Below are positions 39,402 to 50,066 of a stretch of 64,000 nucleotides of DNA, piece after piece (the first letter of the stretch is position 1; each line of letters begins with the position of its first letter). The stretch is taken from contig JACUUN010000004.1 in the NCBI GenBank assembly GCA_014859265.1, positions 1,718 to 65,717 on the forward strand, written 5' to 3'. The stretch comes from Coriobacteriia bacterium (GTDB lineage: Bacteria > Actinomycetota > Coriobacteriia > Anaerosomatales > SLCP01). The position numbers and the translations under genes were made by a program. Under the pieces are notes generated by a model. That model was not told where the DNA came from, made no database searches, and worked only from the letters and a program-made list of their open reading frames with translations.

Positions 39402-41090
39402 CTACCGCTTCCGGCGCCGATGGTGCGCAAGGAATATCGAGATGAAGAACCACACTGTGACCACAAAGGCGAGCACGATGCCCACCTCGCCGGCAATCCT
39501 CACCCACCCCGGTACGCCGGTAACGCTCAGTAGAGTCGAAAAGCCGATGACGAGCGCGGCGACTACGAGCGCGAAAGCGAGCCTGTTCACGAGTTCGTGC
39601 AGTTCCGAGATGAGGTCTTGGTAGCCGGTCGGGCGCACCGATACCTTCACCTCGCCACGCGAGATTCTGCGCAGAACGCGCTCGGTGGCGTCGGGCAGCA
39701 TCTCGAGTACGCGCAGGGTGTGGCGCCAGGTGCTCGCGGCCTTGCCGAACATCGCCTCCGGCCTCAGGCGCTCCCGAACGACCTTGTCGGCAAAGGGCTT
39801 GGCAGTCGAGACGAAGTCGAAGGTGGGGTCGAGCATCGTTCCCACGCCCTCGAGTATCCCCAGGGTGCTGATGAGTAGAGCGAAGTCGCTCGGTACACCG
39901 AGGGAGTGGCCCCGGATGAGGCCGAGCGTCTCACTCATGAGCTCGCCGAACTGGATGCGACCGAGCTCGATCCCGTGGTACTTCCCGATGAGCCGTGAGA
40001 CCTCGCGGTGGAGGACGACCTCGTCGACTTCGGGGTTCCCGCTCATGGCAATGAGCGTGTCCGTGGCCATCCGCGGGTCACGGTTGACGGCACCCCAGAC
40101 GAGGTCGACGAAGCGCTCCCGGGATTCCTCGGAGATGCTTCCCACGCGGCCGAAGTCGGTGAAACCGACACGTCCATCAGGCAGTGCGAGGTAGTTGCCC
40201 GGATGCGGGTCTGCGTGGAAGAAGCCGATCTCGAACATCTGCTTGAGGAAGCAGTTGATGCCACGCTTCGCGAGCTCGGGCCGGTCCATGCCTGCCTCGT
40301 CGAGCAGGTCCATCCGGTTCATGCGCACGCCGTTAATACGCTCTAGCGTGAGCACACGGGTCGTGGTGAGTTCCCAGTACACGCGCGGGAAGGCGACGGT
40401 ATCGTCGTCACGGAATGCCCGCCAGAGCCGCTCGGCGTTGCTTGCCTCCTTGGAGTAGTCCAGCTCCTGACGGACAGCCTCGGCGAACTCATCCGAGATG
40501 GCCACGACGTCGAGGTTGCCGAAGATGTCGGTGTGCTCAGCGACCCAATGCGCCTGGGTGAGCGCGATGTCGATGTCGATCTCGACCTGACGGCGTGCGT
40601 CGGGTCTCTGCACCTTGACCGCGACCTCGGTCCCGTCGTGCAGCGTCGCCCAGTGGACCTGGCCGAGTGAGGCAGCGGCAGCGGGTTCGGGATCGAACGT
40701 CGCATACAACTCCTCGAGCGGTGCCTCGAACTCGGCCTCGATGACGGCGCGCACGGTCTCGAACTCCTCGGCCGGTACCTCGTCTTGAAGTTTGCGCAAC
40801 TCGTTCGCAAGCTCGGGCGGGATGACATCCGTGCGCGTCGCGATTGCCTGACCGGCCTTGATGAACGTCGGACCGAGACGCTCGAGCGCGCGACGCACGT
40901 GCTGCTCGCGTGTGAGCGGGTCGGGCCTCGCTGCACGACGCGCCGGACGAATCCGCGGCGGAGCAACCCGACGCAGCCCCGTTGCGTCGATGACGGCGTG
41001 TAGCCCCTCGTCGGCAAGCACCGAAGCGATTTGCCTGTGGCGTGCGAGGTGCTTGCGGACGTCGGGTGATGCGACGCCCAGCGGGCTCAC
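39402..41090 (-). CDS. ABC1/UbiB-family atypical kinase with C-terminal TM helices
   Basis: 562 aa: LGPTFIKAGQAIATRTDVIPPELANELRKLQDEVP...ASLGQVHWATL...GFFHADPHPGN. Confidence 0.88.
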   Translation of the reverse strand: MSPLGVASPDVRKHLARHRQIASVLADEGLHAVIDATGLRRVAPPRIRPARRAARPDPLTREQHVRRALERLGPTFIKAGQAIATRTDVIPPELANELRKLQDEVPAEEFETVRAVIEAEFEAPLEELYATFDPEPAAAASLGQVHWATLHDGTEVAVKVQRPDARRQVEIDIDIALTQAHWVAEHTDIFGNLDVVAISDEFAEAVRQELDYSKEASNAERLWRAFRDDDTVAFPRVYWELTTTRVLTLERINGVRMNRMDLLDEAGMDRPELAKRGINCFLKQMFEIGFFHADPHPGNYLALPDGRVGFTDFGRVGSISEESRERFVDLVWGAVNRDPRMATDTLIAMSGNPEVDEVVLHREVSRLIGKYHGIELGRIQFGELMSETLGLIRGHSLGVPSDFALLISTLGILEGVGTMLDPTFDFVSTAKPFADKVVRERLRPEAMFGKAASTWRHTLRVLEMLPDATERVLRRISRGEVKVSVRPTGYQDLISELHELVNRLAFALVVAALVIGFSTLLSVTGVPGWVRIAGEVGIVLAFVVTVWFFISIFLAHHRRRKR

Positions 41091-41863
41091 GAGTCCCCGG
41101 ACCCGCCCTCGACGGGCCTGAGCGACGCGATGAGCGCCTTGATCTCGGTCAGTTCGGACTCGAGCCTCGCCAGATCAGCCTTCGAGGCCAGGCCCATGCG
41201 CTCGACCACCTTGGCGGTCTCCTCGGAGACGGTCTTCTGCGCCGAGGCAGCCGCGCTGTCGGCCTGGTCCACGAGACGCCCCGTGAACGAGTCGGAGTCC
41301 TCACGCGTGAGACGCCCGCGCTTCACCAGTTCATCGGCAAGCTCCTCGGCCTTGTCTTTCGCGAAGAACGCCGCGCCAAGTCCCATGAGAAACGCCTTCT
41401 CGATCAGGCCGGTGTCGATCTCGGGTGTTGACGTCGGCTTATCCTTCTCGGTGTCGTGCCCAGCCACGTCGGGTTCCCTCCTCAGCGTCGTCACTAGACC
41501 ACCTGATGGAAGTATTCCACTTGTAGGCGCGACGTGAACGCATGCGTGCGCATAAGCGTCCACAGGGACGTCATCAAGCGCGGCTGCAGCGGCGGCGAGC
41601 GCTCGCAGCGGCGCATAGAGGGGATGAGCTTCATCGACCTGATAGAAGCAGCAGCCGGCCTCCCGACGTGCGACGATAAGTCCCAGCTTCTCGAGCGCGG
41701 CGAGTTCGCGTTGGACCGCGCCCATGCCGGTCCGCATGCCGCGATGGAGGTCGCGTAGCCAGACACGACGTGCAGGTGTGCTGACAAGTCTCTTGACAAG
41801 CATCGCGCGGGTACGCGAACCGATCAGATACTCGAAGGTGCTGGCGTATGGCGACCTCGGCAA
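41087..41863 (-). CDS. Winged-helix (ArsR/MarR-like) N-terminal domain fused in frame to a phasin-like coiled-coil C-terminal region
   Basis: N-terminal part is SRTRAMLVKRLVSTPARRVWLRDLHRGMRTGMGAVQRELAALEKLGLIVARRE. C-terminal part is GLIEKAFLMGLGAAFFAKDKAEELADELVKRG...DLARLESELTEIKALI. Weak TTG start with no RBS. It could also be two genes. Confidence 0.55.
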   Translation of the reverse strand: MPRSPYASTFEYLIGSRTRAMLVKRLVSTPARRVWLRDLHRGMRTGMGAVQRELAALEKLGLIVARREAGCCFYQVDEAHPLYAPLRALAAAAAALDDVPVDAYAHACVHVAPTSGILPSGGLVTTLRREPDVAGHDTEKDKPTSTPEIDTGLIEKAFLMGLGAAFFAKDKAEELADELVKRGRLTREDSDSFTGRLVDQADSAAASAQKTVSEETAKVVERMGLASKADLARLESELTEIKALIASLRPVEGGSGDS

Positions 41864-41948
41864 AGCGGAATCCGATCAGACGGCGGGGGCGGACATACTG
41901 AACCCAGAAACTCACCCTGCCGGAGGGGGTGGCGGAACCGTCAGGTTT

Positions 41949-41998
41949 GTGGGTGCAATTGCACTCATGGTGGGTGCGACCGCACCCACTTTCGTGAC
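41949..41998 (+). repeat. Twin-hairpin intergenic repeat, copy 2
   Basis: gtgggtgc-aatt-gcactca tggt gggtgc-gacc-gcaccc actttcgtgac. It is 43/50 identical to 8820..8869, and differences concentrate in the loops. Confidence 0.8.
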
Positions 41999-42099
41999 AG
42001 CGTCAGGGACCCCTCCGGACCACGCCGGTTGACCGTAGCATCCAGCCCGAACCGCCAGCCGACCCGAAACCTACCACCCGCGAAGCAGGCAACGGGTGC

Positions 42100-43581
42100 C
42101 TATCGCACCTCGCGCACGAGCGGTGGCGTCGTGTCGAATCCGACAGCCTCCTCGAACGCCGCAGCCGCGCGAAGAACAGTGGCCTCATCGAAGTGCGTGC
42201 CGATGATCTGCAGGCCGATCGGCAGGCCGCTGGCCGGGCATGAACCGCTCGGCACGCTCACGGCGCAGTTGCCTGCGAGGTTCACGGGAATAGTGTAGAT
42301 GTCCGAGAGGTACATCGCGAGCGGGTCGCTCGACTTCTCGCCGATCTTGAACGCGACCGTAGGAGAGGTCGGGGTGAGCAGCACGTCGTAGCGCTCGAAC
42401 GCGGCTTCGAAGTCCCGCTTGATGAGCGTGCGCGCCTTCTGGGCCTGCCCGTAGTAGGCGTCGTAGTAGCCGGCCGAGAGCGCGTACGTGCCGAGCATGA
42501 CCCGGCGGATGGTCTCCGGGCCGAACCCTTCAGCCCTCGAGCGCATGTAGAGGTCGAGGACGTCGTCGGCTCCGCTGACGCGGTGACCGTAGCGGATACC
42601 GTCGAAGCGCGCGAGGTTCGAACTCGCCTCGGCAGGTCCGATGATGTAGTAGGCGGAAAGCCCATGCGCAGTGCTCGGCAGCTCCACCTCGCCGACCTCT
42701 GCGCCAAGCGCGGCGAACGTCTCCGCGGCGGCGCGCACGCTGGCTTGTACGACACCGTCGCACCCCTCGGCCTCGAGCAGGTCGGTGACGATGCCGACGC
42801 GCAAGCCGGCGACCCCATCGACAAGCCCTGCGGTGAAGTCCTCGGTAGGCCGGTTCACGCTCGTCGCGTCCATCGGATCCTTGCCCGAGATCGCATTGAG
42901 CGCAAGCGCGCACTCCTCGACGGTCTTGGCGAACGGACCGATCTGGTCGAGGCTCGAGGCGAACGCGACGCACCCGTAGCGCGAGACGCGACCGTAGGTC
43001 GGCTTGAGCGCGACGGTACCGGTGAGCGAGCCGGGCTGGCGAATCGAGCCGCCCGTATCCGAGCCGAGCGTGATGGCAGCCATGCCCGCGGACACCGCGG
43101 CAGCCGAGCCGCCCGACGAGCCGCCGGGGACGCGCTCGAGATCCCAGGGGTTACGGGTGGGCCCGAACGCCGAGTTCTCGGTCGAGGAGCCGAACGCGAA
43201 CTCGTCCATGTTGCACTTGCCCACGGGAATCGCGCCGGCATCGAGCAGACGGCTCACTGCGGTGCAGTTGTAGGCGCTCTCGTAGTTCTCGAGAATCCTC
43301 GAGCTGCACGTCGTGCGAGTGCCGACGAGGTTCATGTTGTCCTTGATGCCGACGGGCACGCCCGCGAGCGGTGGCAGCACGACATCTGATGCGACGGCGT
43401 CATCGATGCGCCCGGCCGCGGCGTAGGCGAGTTCGGCGGTCACCTGGTTAAACGCGTGGACCTGCGCGTCGAGCGCCCCGATGCGCCCGAGGGCGGCCTC
43501 GGCCACCTCGCGCGCGGTGAATAGGTGGTCGGCGATGCCATCGCGAATCTGCATCGCTGCGAGCCGGGAGAGATCGATCAT
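42100..43581 (-). CDS. gatA: Asp-tRNA(Asn)/Glu-tRNA(Gln) amidotransferase subunit A
   Basis: 493 aa with the amidase signature GGSSGGSAAAV... Confidence 0.93.
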   Translation of the reverse strand: MIDLSRLAAMQIRDGIADHLFTAREVAEAALGRIGALDAQVHAFNQVTAELAYAAAGRIDDAVASDVVLPPLAGVPVGIKDNMNLVGTRTTCSSRILENYESAYNCTAVSRLLDAGAIPVGKCNMDEFAFGSSTENSAFGPTRNPWDLERVPGGSSGGSAAAVSAGMAAITLGSDTGGSIRQPGSLTGTVALKPTYGRVSRYGCVAFASSLDQIGPFAKTVEECALALNAISGKDPMDATSVNRPTEDFTAGLVDGVAGLRVGIVTDLLEAEGCDGVVQASVRAAAETFAALGAEVGEVELPSTAHGLSAYYIIGPAEASSNLARFDGIRYGHRVSGADDVLDLYMRSRAEGFGPETIRRVMLGTYALSAGYYDAYYGQAQKARTLIKRDFEAAFERYDVLLTPTSPTVAFKIGEKSSDPLAMYLSDIYTIPVNLAGNCAVSVPSGSCPASGLPIGLQIIGTHFDEATVLRAAAAFEEAVGFDTTPPLVREVR

Positions 43582-43880
43582 CCCTCCTCACCTCCACCCA
43601 CGATGCGCGGGATCACGAACGCGCCCTCGGCGGCCTCAGGTGCATTGGCCAGCGCCTCATCACGCGTAAAGCAGGGCTTCACCTCGTCGGCACGGGTCTC
43701 GTTGACGACGTCCAGCGCGTGCGCCGTGGGCGGTACGTCGGCGAGATCGAGCTGCTGGATCGTGTCGATGTGGCTGAGGATCGAGTTCAGGTCGTCGCCG
43801 AATCGCGCGACCTCCTCGTCGGTGAGGGCAAGTCGTGCGAGGAGCGCCACATGGCGGACCTGCTCTTCGGAGATAGCCAT
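43578..43880 (-). CDS. gatC: Asp-tRNA(Asn)/Glu-tRNA(Gln) amidotransferase subunit C
   Basis: MAISEEQVRHVALLARLALTDEEVARFGDDLNSILSHIDTIQQLD... ATGA overlap with gatA. Confidence 0.9.
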   Translation of the reverse strand: MAISEEQVRHVALLARLALTDEEVARFGDDLNSILSHIDTIQQLDLADVPPTAHALDVVNETRADEVKPCFTRDEALANAPEAAEGAFVIPRIVGGGEEG

Positions 43881-43966
43881 GGATGAGTCCTCCGAGACGT
43901 GGGTCGATGATGCGCTCCATGATACCCGAGGAGGAGACCGTGATGGATGCGAGGAGTCGGTGGGTT

Positions 43967-44430
43967 CTATCTACGCCGATGTCTCGTCCCGGCCGAAGGC
44001 CGCGAACGGATCGGCAAGGGGGTCCGCTGGTTCGCCGGAGGGCGAGCGTGACGCCCCCGCCTGCCCATATAGGTGGCGCATGTAGTCACGACGAACGTGT
44101 TGATGCTGCTCCTGTCTGCCTGCGCAGCTGCCCCGATTTCGCGGTAGAGGATCCGCGGAAACCTCACCTTGAGGCGAGCCCACGATTGGCGGCGAAAGCT
44201 TGCCGCCATCTCCGGGCGCTGCACCAGGTGCTCGGCGAGCACGCGCTCCAGCAACGATTCACGCTCCTCGTCGCTGAGGCGCTCGGCGCACCGTTACGGG
44301 GATTACGCCTCGTGCCCATTGCCGCTTCGAACCTTTCGAGGGGTCCGGGCGGTAGTCCGTCCTCTGCGGAGCCTCCCAGGAGCTCCAGCATCTCGAGGTA
44401 GGTCGTGCGCGCTGCGCGTCTCGTGGTCAT
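43967..44430 (-). pseudogene. Probable frameshifted ribbon-helix-helix (HicB/Arc-like) antitoxin-type gene
   Basis: A strong RBS (AAAGGGAGA) and ATG at 44430 open a frame that runs out. A second frame (44254 downwards) encodes ...SDEERESLLERVLAEHL...ARLKVRFPRILYREIGAAAQADRSSINTFVVTTCATYMG (RHH pattern), followed by an odd Arg/Pro tail. No toxin partner is present. Confidence 0.35.
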
Positions 44431-44556
44431 GGTGTCTCCCTTTCCGTGCGTTGAGATCGTGGGGAGCCAGGGTCCTCTGCGAGCAGCATGCAGGTCGGGT
44501 CTGTCCTCGCGCTTGCCGGAACATCAACGGTCGGCCGACGCTCGAGAAACTTGCGT

Positions 44557-45576
44557 CTACCGCACCATCCAAAACGCGATGACCACGGGAAGCACGTTGT
44601 AGACACCGTGCAGAGAGATCGCCGGAAGAAGGCTCTGCCGCGTATGGGCAAGCCACCCGCACGCCACGCCGAGGGCGAAGAGCGGCACAAACAGCCACGG
44701 AATCAGGTGGTAGAGGGCGAATAGAGCGGCGGAGAGCGCAACCGCGATACGCCAATCCCACTCCCTGGCAAACGCGCCCTGCAGCACGCCGCGGAACACG
44801 ACCTCTTCGACGACTGGCGCCACGATGACCACCAGCGCCACCGAGAGCAACAGTCCCCAGACGGTGGGCCCGAAGACTTCCGTGAGGTCGGCCAGCTCGC
44901 GCACGGGCGGGTCCCAGCCGAGCTCCTGGACCAGCGCGCCATAGCCCCATGCCCCGAGGCGCACGATGACGAGCAGCCCGACGACAAGCCCCGCGGAGCT
45001 GAACCGCGCACGCCACGGCACATCGGCAACACGGAGCCGATACGCATCAAAGACGCTGACGCCACGCCGCCACGCAAGCGCCCAGAGGAGCGCCGCCTGG
45101 ACCGCGTAGAAGCCGAAGAGTACCCCCGCGCGCGCGAAGACCTGGGCGACCCGGGAAAGCTCTCGCACGGCCTCGCTCGTCATGACGGCGTCCTTTCCAA
45201 GGAACGCCGCGAAGAGCACTGCGAGTAGCGCCCATGCCTCGAGCAGGGTCCACTCCGGAGCGGAGGTCGCCGTGCAGGTGGACAGGGGGCGGCCCTCCGG
45301 CCTAGACAGTCCTCGCTCGCTACGCTCGCTGCGAAACTCGCCTGAGCGCCGCCCCCTGTCCGCTGACTCGATTGGTGTGGCTTGCATGCCGCGCTTCGCG
45401 ATTGCGCCCCGATCGCACGCCTTGGCGCACTCGAGACAGCCGTCGCACGAATCCCAGTCCACGTAGATGTAGCTCGGGCCTATCCGCAGCGCCCTGGGGC
45501 CACAGGCGGACACGCATCTGCCGCAACGGTCGCAGCGAGAGGCATCGAGCGAGAGTGGCATGCGCGCCGGGCCCAT
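44557..45576 (-). CDS. Fusion protein: N-terminal 2x[4Fe-4S] ferredoxin domain + C-terminal CPBP (CAAX-type) intramembrane glutamic protease
   Basis: CDRCGRCVSACGP and CDGCLECAKACDRG are the ferredoxin motifs. TM segments follow, then CPBP motifs EEVVFRG, FALYH and HGVYN. The start is 5 nt after the ligA stop. Confidence 0.75.
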   Translation of the reverse strand: MGPARMPLSLDASRCDRCGRCVSACGPRALRIGPSYIYVDWDSCDGCLECAKACDRGAIAKRGMQATPIESADRGRRSGEFRSERSERGLSRPEGRPLSTCTATSAPEWTLLEAWALLAVLFAAFLGKDAVMTSEAVRELSRVAQVFARAGVLFGFYAVQAALLWALAWRRGVSVFDAYRLRVADVPWRARFSSAGLVVGLLVIVRLGAWGYGALVQELGWDPPVRELADLTEVFGPTVWGLLLSVALVVIVAPVVEEVVFRGVLQGAFAREWDWRIAVALSAALFALYHLIPWLFVPLFALGVACGWLAHTRQSLLPAISLHGVYNVLPVVIAFWMVR

Positions 45577-45581
45577 GGCGA

Positions 45582-48031
<2,450 letters not shown>

Positions 48032-48098
48032 ACCCACCTGCCCCTCATCGTTAGCGCCCCGCCCGCATCCTCCGCGGTCCCGGTCAGCGCGTCTGCCT

Positions 48099-48836
48099 TC
48101 ATGAAACCTGCTCGACTAAGGAGACGAGGTGCACGTTCCCCCACGCGCCGAGATGGTCCTTGACCGTCGCGAGCACGCCGAGCACGCCGTGGATGTGGCG
48201 CGCCGCCTCAATCGCCCGTTCGATGTCGGCCGGCTCGCGCACGCGGTTCGCGAGCGCGGTGGCGACCGCGTCGGCGAGCGCGCCGTTGCGGGCGAGCACC
48301 GTGACCGCATCGGCCGCGCCGAAGGACTCTGAGTGCCCCACGACCCCCGATGAGGTGCACACCGCCACTGGCTGCAGTCTTCCCCGCACCGTGATGCCGA
48401 GTCCTTTGATGCCCGAATCGCCCGCCCACAGCGCAACCGTCCGGTCCTCGGTCCCCATGAGATAGATGTCGCCGCCGTTCTCCACGACGACCTCGGGAGA
48501 GACCTTGGCCAGTCCCCGTGCGACGTATTCGGCGATCGCTCCTGCAACGGCCGCCATCGGTCCGACACGAGCAATACGCCCCGCCTCGGCCATGCGGCGC
48601 ACGATCTCGGGGGCGCTCTGTGGCACGTCAATCGGTGTGAGCGTCTCGCGGAAGTACGGATGCGCGCGGATGAACTTCTCTATATCCCAGCGCGCGCGCA
48701 CGACAAGGTCCTCGGCGAGGTCCGTCAGGTCTTTCGCGGTGCATACCCGCAGGTCCGTCTCCTTGATGGTCACATCGAAGCAGACAAGCCCGGCGGGCTG
48801 CGCGGTACGCCGGTATGTGCGCGGCTCGAAAGTCAT
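48099..48836 (-). CDS. UPF0280 (ApbE-like) family protein
   Basis: ...ETDLRVCTAKD...RVGPMAAVAGAIAEYVARGL...VVENGGDIYL...VCTSSGVVGHSESFGAADAVTVLA... Family call is from memory. Confidence 0.65.
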   Translation of the reverse strand: MTFEPRTYRRTAQPAGLVCFDVTIKETDLRVCTAKDLTDLAEDLVVRARWDIEKFIRAHPYFRETLTPIDVPQSAPEIVRRMAEAGRIARVGPMAAVAGAIAEYVARGLAKVSPEVVVENGGDIYLMGTEDRTVALWAGDSGIKGLGITVRGRLQPVAVCTSSGVVGHSESFGAADAVTVLARNGALADAVATALANRVREPADIERAIEAARHIHGVLGVLATVKDHLGAWGNVHLVSLVEQVS

Positions 48837-48991
48837 GTGTCTATCTTCGCCGCGCACGGTCCGAGGCGCAAGCGCGGCGGCGGCGGCGGCCTGACCTACG
48901 ACGCTACCGGACGCTGCTGGAATGTGCTGGTAGAAGTGGGCATGCCAGCGGTATAGTCGAACCAGGGCATGGTGCCGAACGGGAGACCTTC

Positions 48992-50047
48992 ATGCGCGAG
49001 ATACTCGCCACCTGTGTCGAGTTCGACACGCTCGCTGCCACCACATACCGGGTCCTCTCGGAGCATTGTGCGGATGCGGATCTCGCCGTCGTATTCGACC
49101 AGCTCGCCCGTGAGGAGGAGTCCCACGTCGGCTGGTGGCAGGAGCTGCTTGATGCCTGGGACCAGGGCCTCATCCCAGACGTCGTGAACGACCCGGATAC
49201 CCTGCTGGAGGACTTGCAGCAGGTGCGCGACGACATCGCGACATCGCTGCCGGAGGACCTCTCTGCGCTCACCCCCGCCCAGATGGTCGAGCTCGCCGCG
49301 CACCTTGAGTTCTTCATCCTCGACCCGGTCTTCGCCGAACTCCTCGAACTCACGGAACCCGGCCGCACCGGCCACCACCGCGAGGCCTATGCGCGCCACG
49401 TCGAGCAACTCGTAGGCGCGATCGAGCGCAACAGCAGCACCGACTCTCTCGCCAGCTTCCTCGCCCGGGTACTGAAGCGAGCACTTCGGGACAACGTCGC
49501 CCTCGCCGCGTATGCGACCCACGACCCGCTCACCGGTCTGCTCAATCGTCGCGGCCTCATCTCCCACCTCGAGCACTGGATCTCGTGGGCCTACCGGTAC
49601 GAGCGCCCGCTCATGGTGCTCCTCATCGACGTCGACGAGTTCAAGCGCATCAATGACGAGCACGGTCATACAGTCGGTGACTCTGCACTCGAGTGTATCG
49701 CGGACGCGCTGAAGTCCTCCGCGCGAGCCAGTGACCTCATCGCCCGCTACGGTGGCGACGAATTCGCGATCGTCGCCCCTGAGACCGACGCTGTGGAGTA
49801 CGGCGCCCTCGTGCAGCGCGTCCTCACAAGCGTGCGAGAGCTGCACTGCCCCGACTGGGATGGCGAGTTCGTGCCGCTCTCCGTGAGCGTGGGCGGAGCG
49901 GTGCTCTCGCCGCGCGGCGCGCACTCTGAGCGGGCGATCGACGTGCTGCTCGCCGGTGCCGACGCGAGCCTCTACGAGGCCAAGAACAGCGGTCGGGACC
50001 GCGCCGGCTGGCCGGTGCTCGTCACGGGCACCGAAGCGGAAAACTAG
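48992..50047 (+). CDS. Diguanylate cyclase (GGDEF) with N-terminal all-helical sensor-like domain
   Basis: The C-terminal part is DPLTGLLNRRG...DEFKRINDEHGH..GD...RASDLIARYGGDEFAIV, with an intact GGDEF motif and RxxD I-site. The N-terminal roughly 170 aa carries REEESH (ExxH). GGGAGA RBS before the ATG at 48992. Confidence 0.85.
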   Translation: MREILATCVEFDTLAATTYRVLSEHCADADLAVVFDQLAREEESHVGWWQELLDAWDQGLIPDVVNDPDTLLEDLQQVRDDIATSLPEDLSALTPAQMVELAAHLEFFILDPVFAELLELTEPGRTGHHREAYARHVEQLVGAIERNSSTDSLASFLARVLKRALRDNVALAAYATHDPLTGLLNRRGLISHLEHWISWAYRYERPLMVLLIDVDEFKRINDEHGHTVGDSALECIADALKSSARASDLIARYGGDEFAIVAPETDAVEYGALVQRVLTSVRELHCPDWDGEFVPLSVSVGGAVLSPRGAHSERAIDVLLAGADASLYEAKNSGRDRAGWPVLVTGTEAEN

Positions 50048-50066
50048 GCCGTCCGGCGCGGGACAC

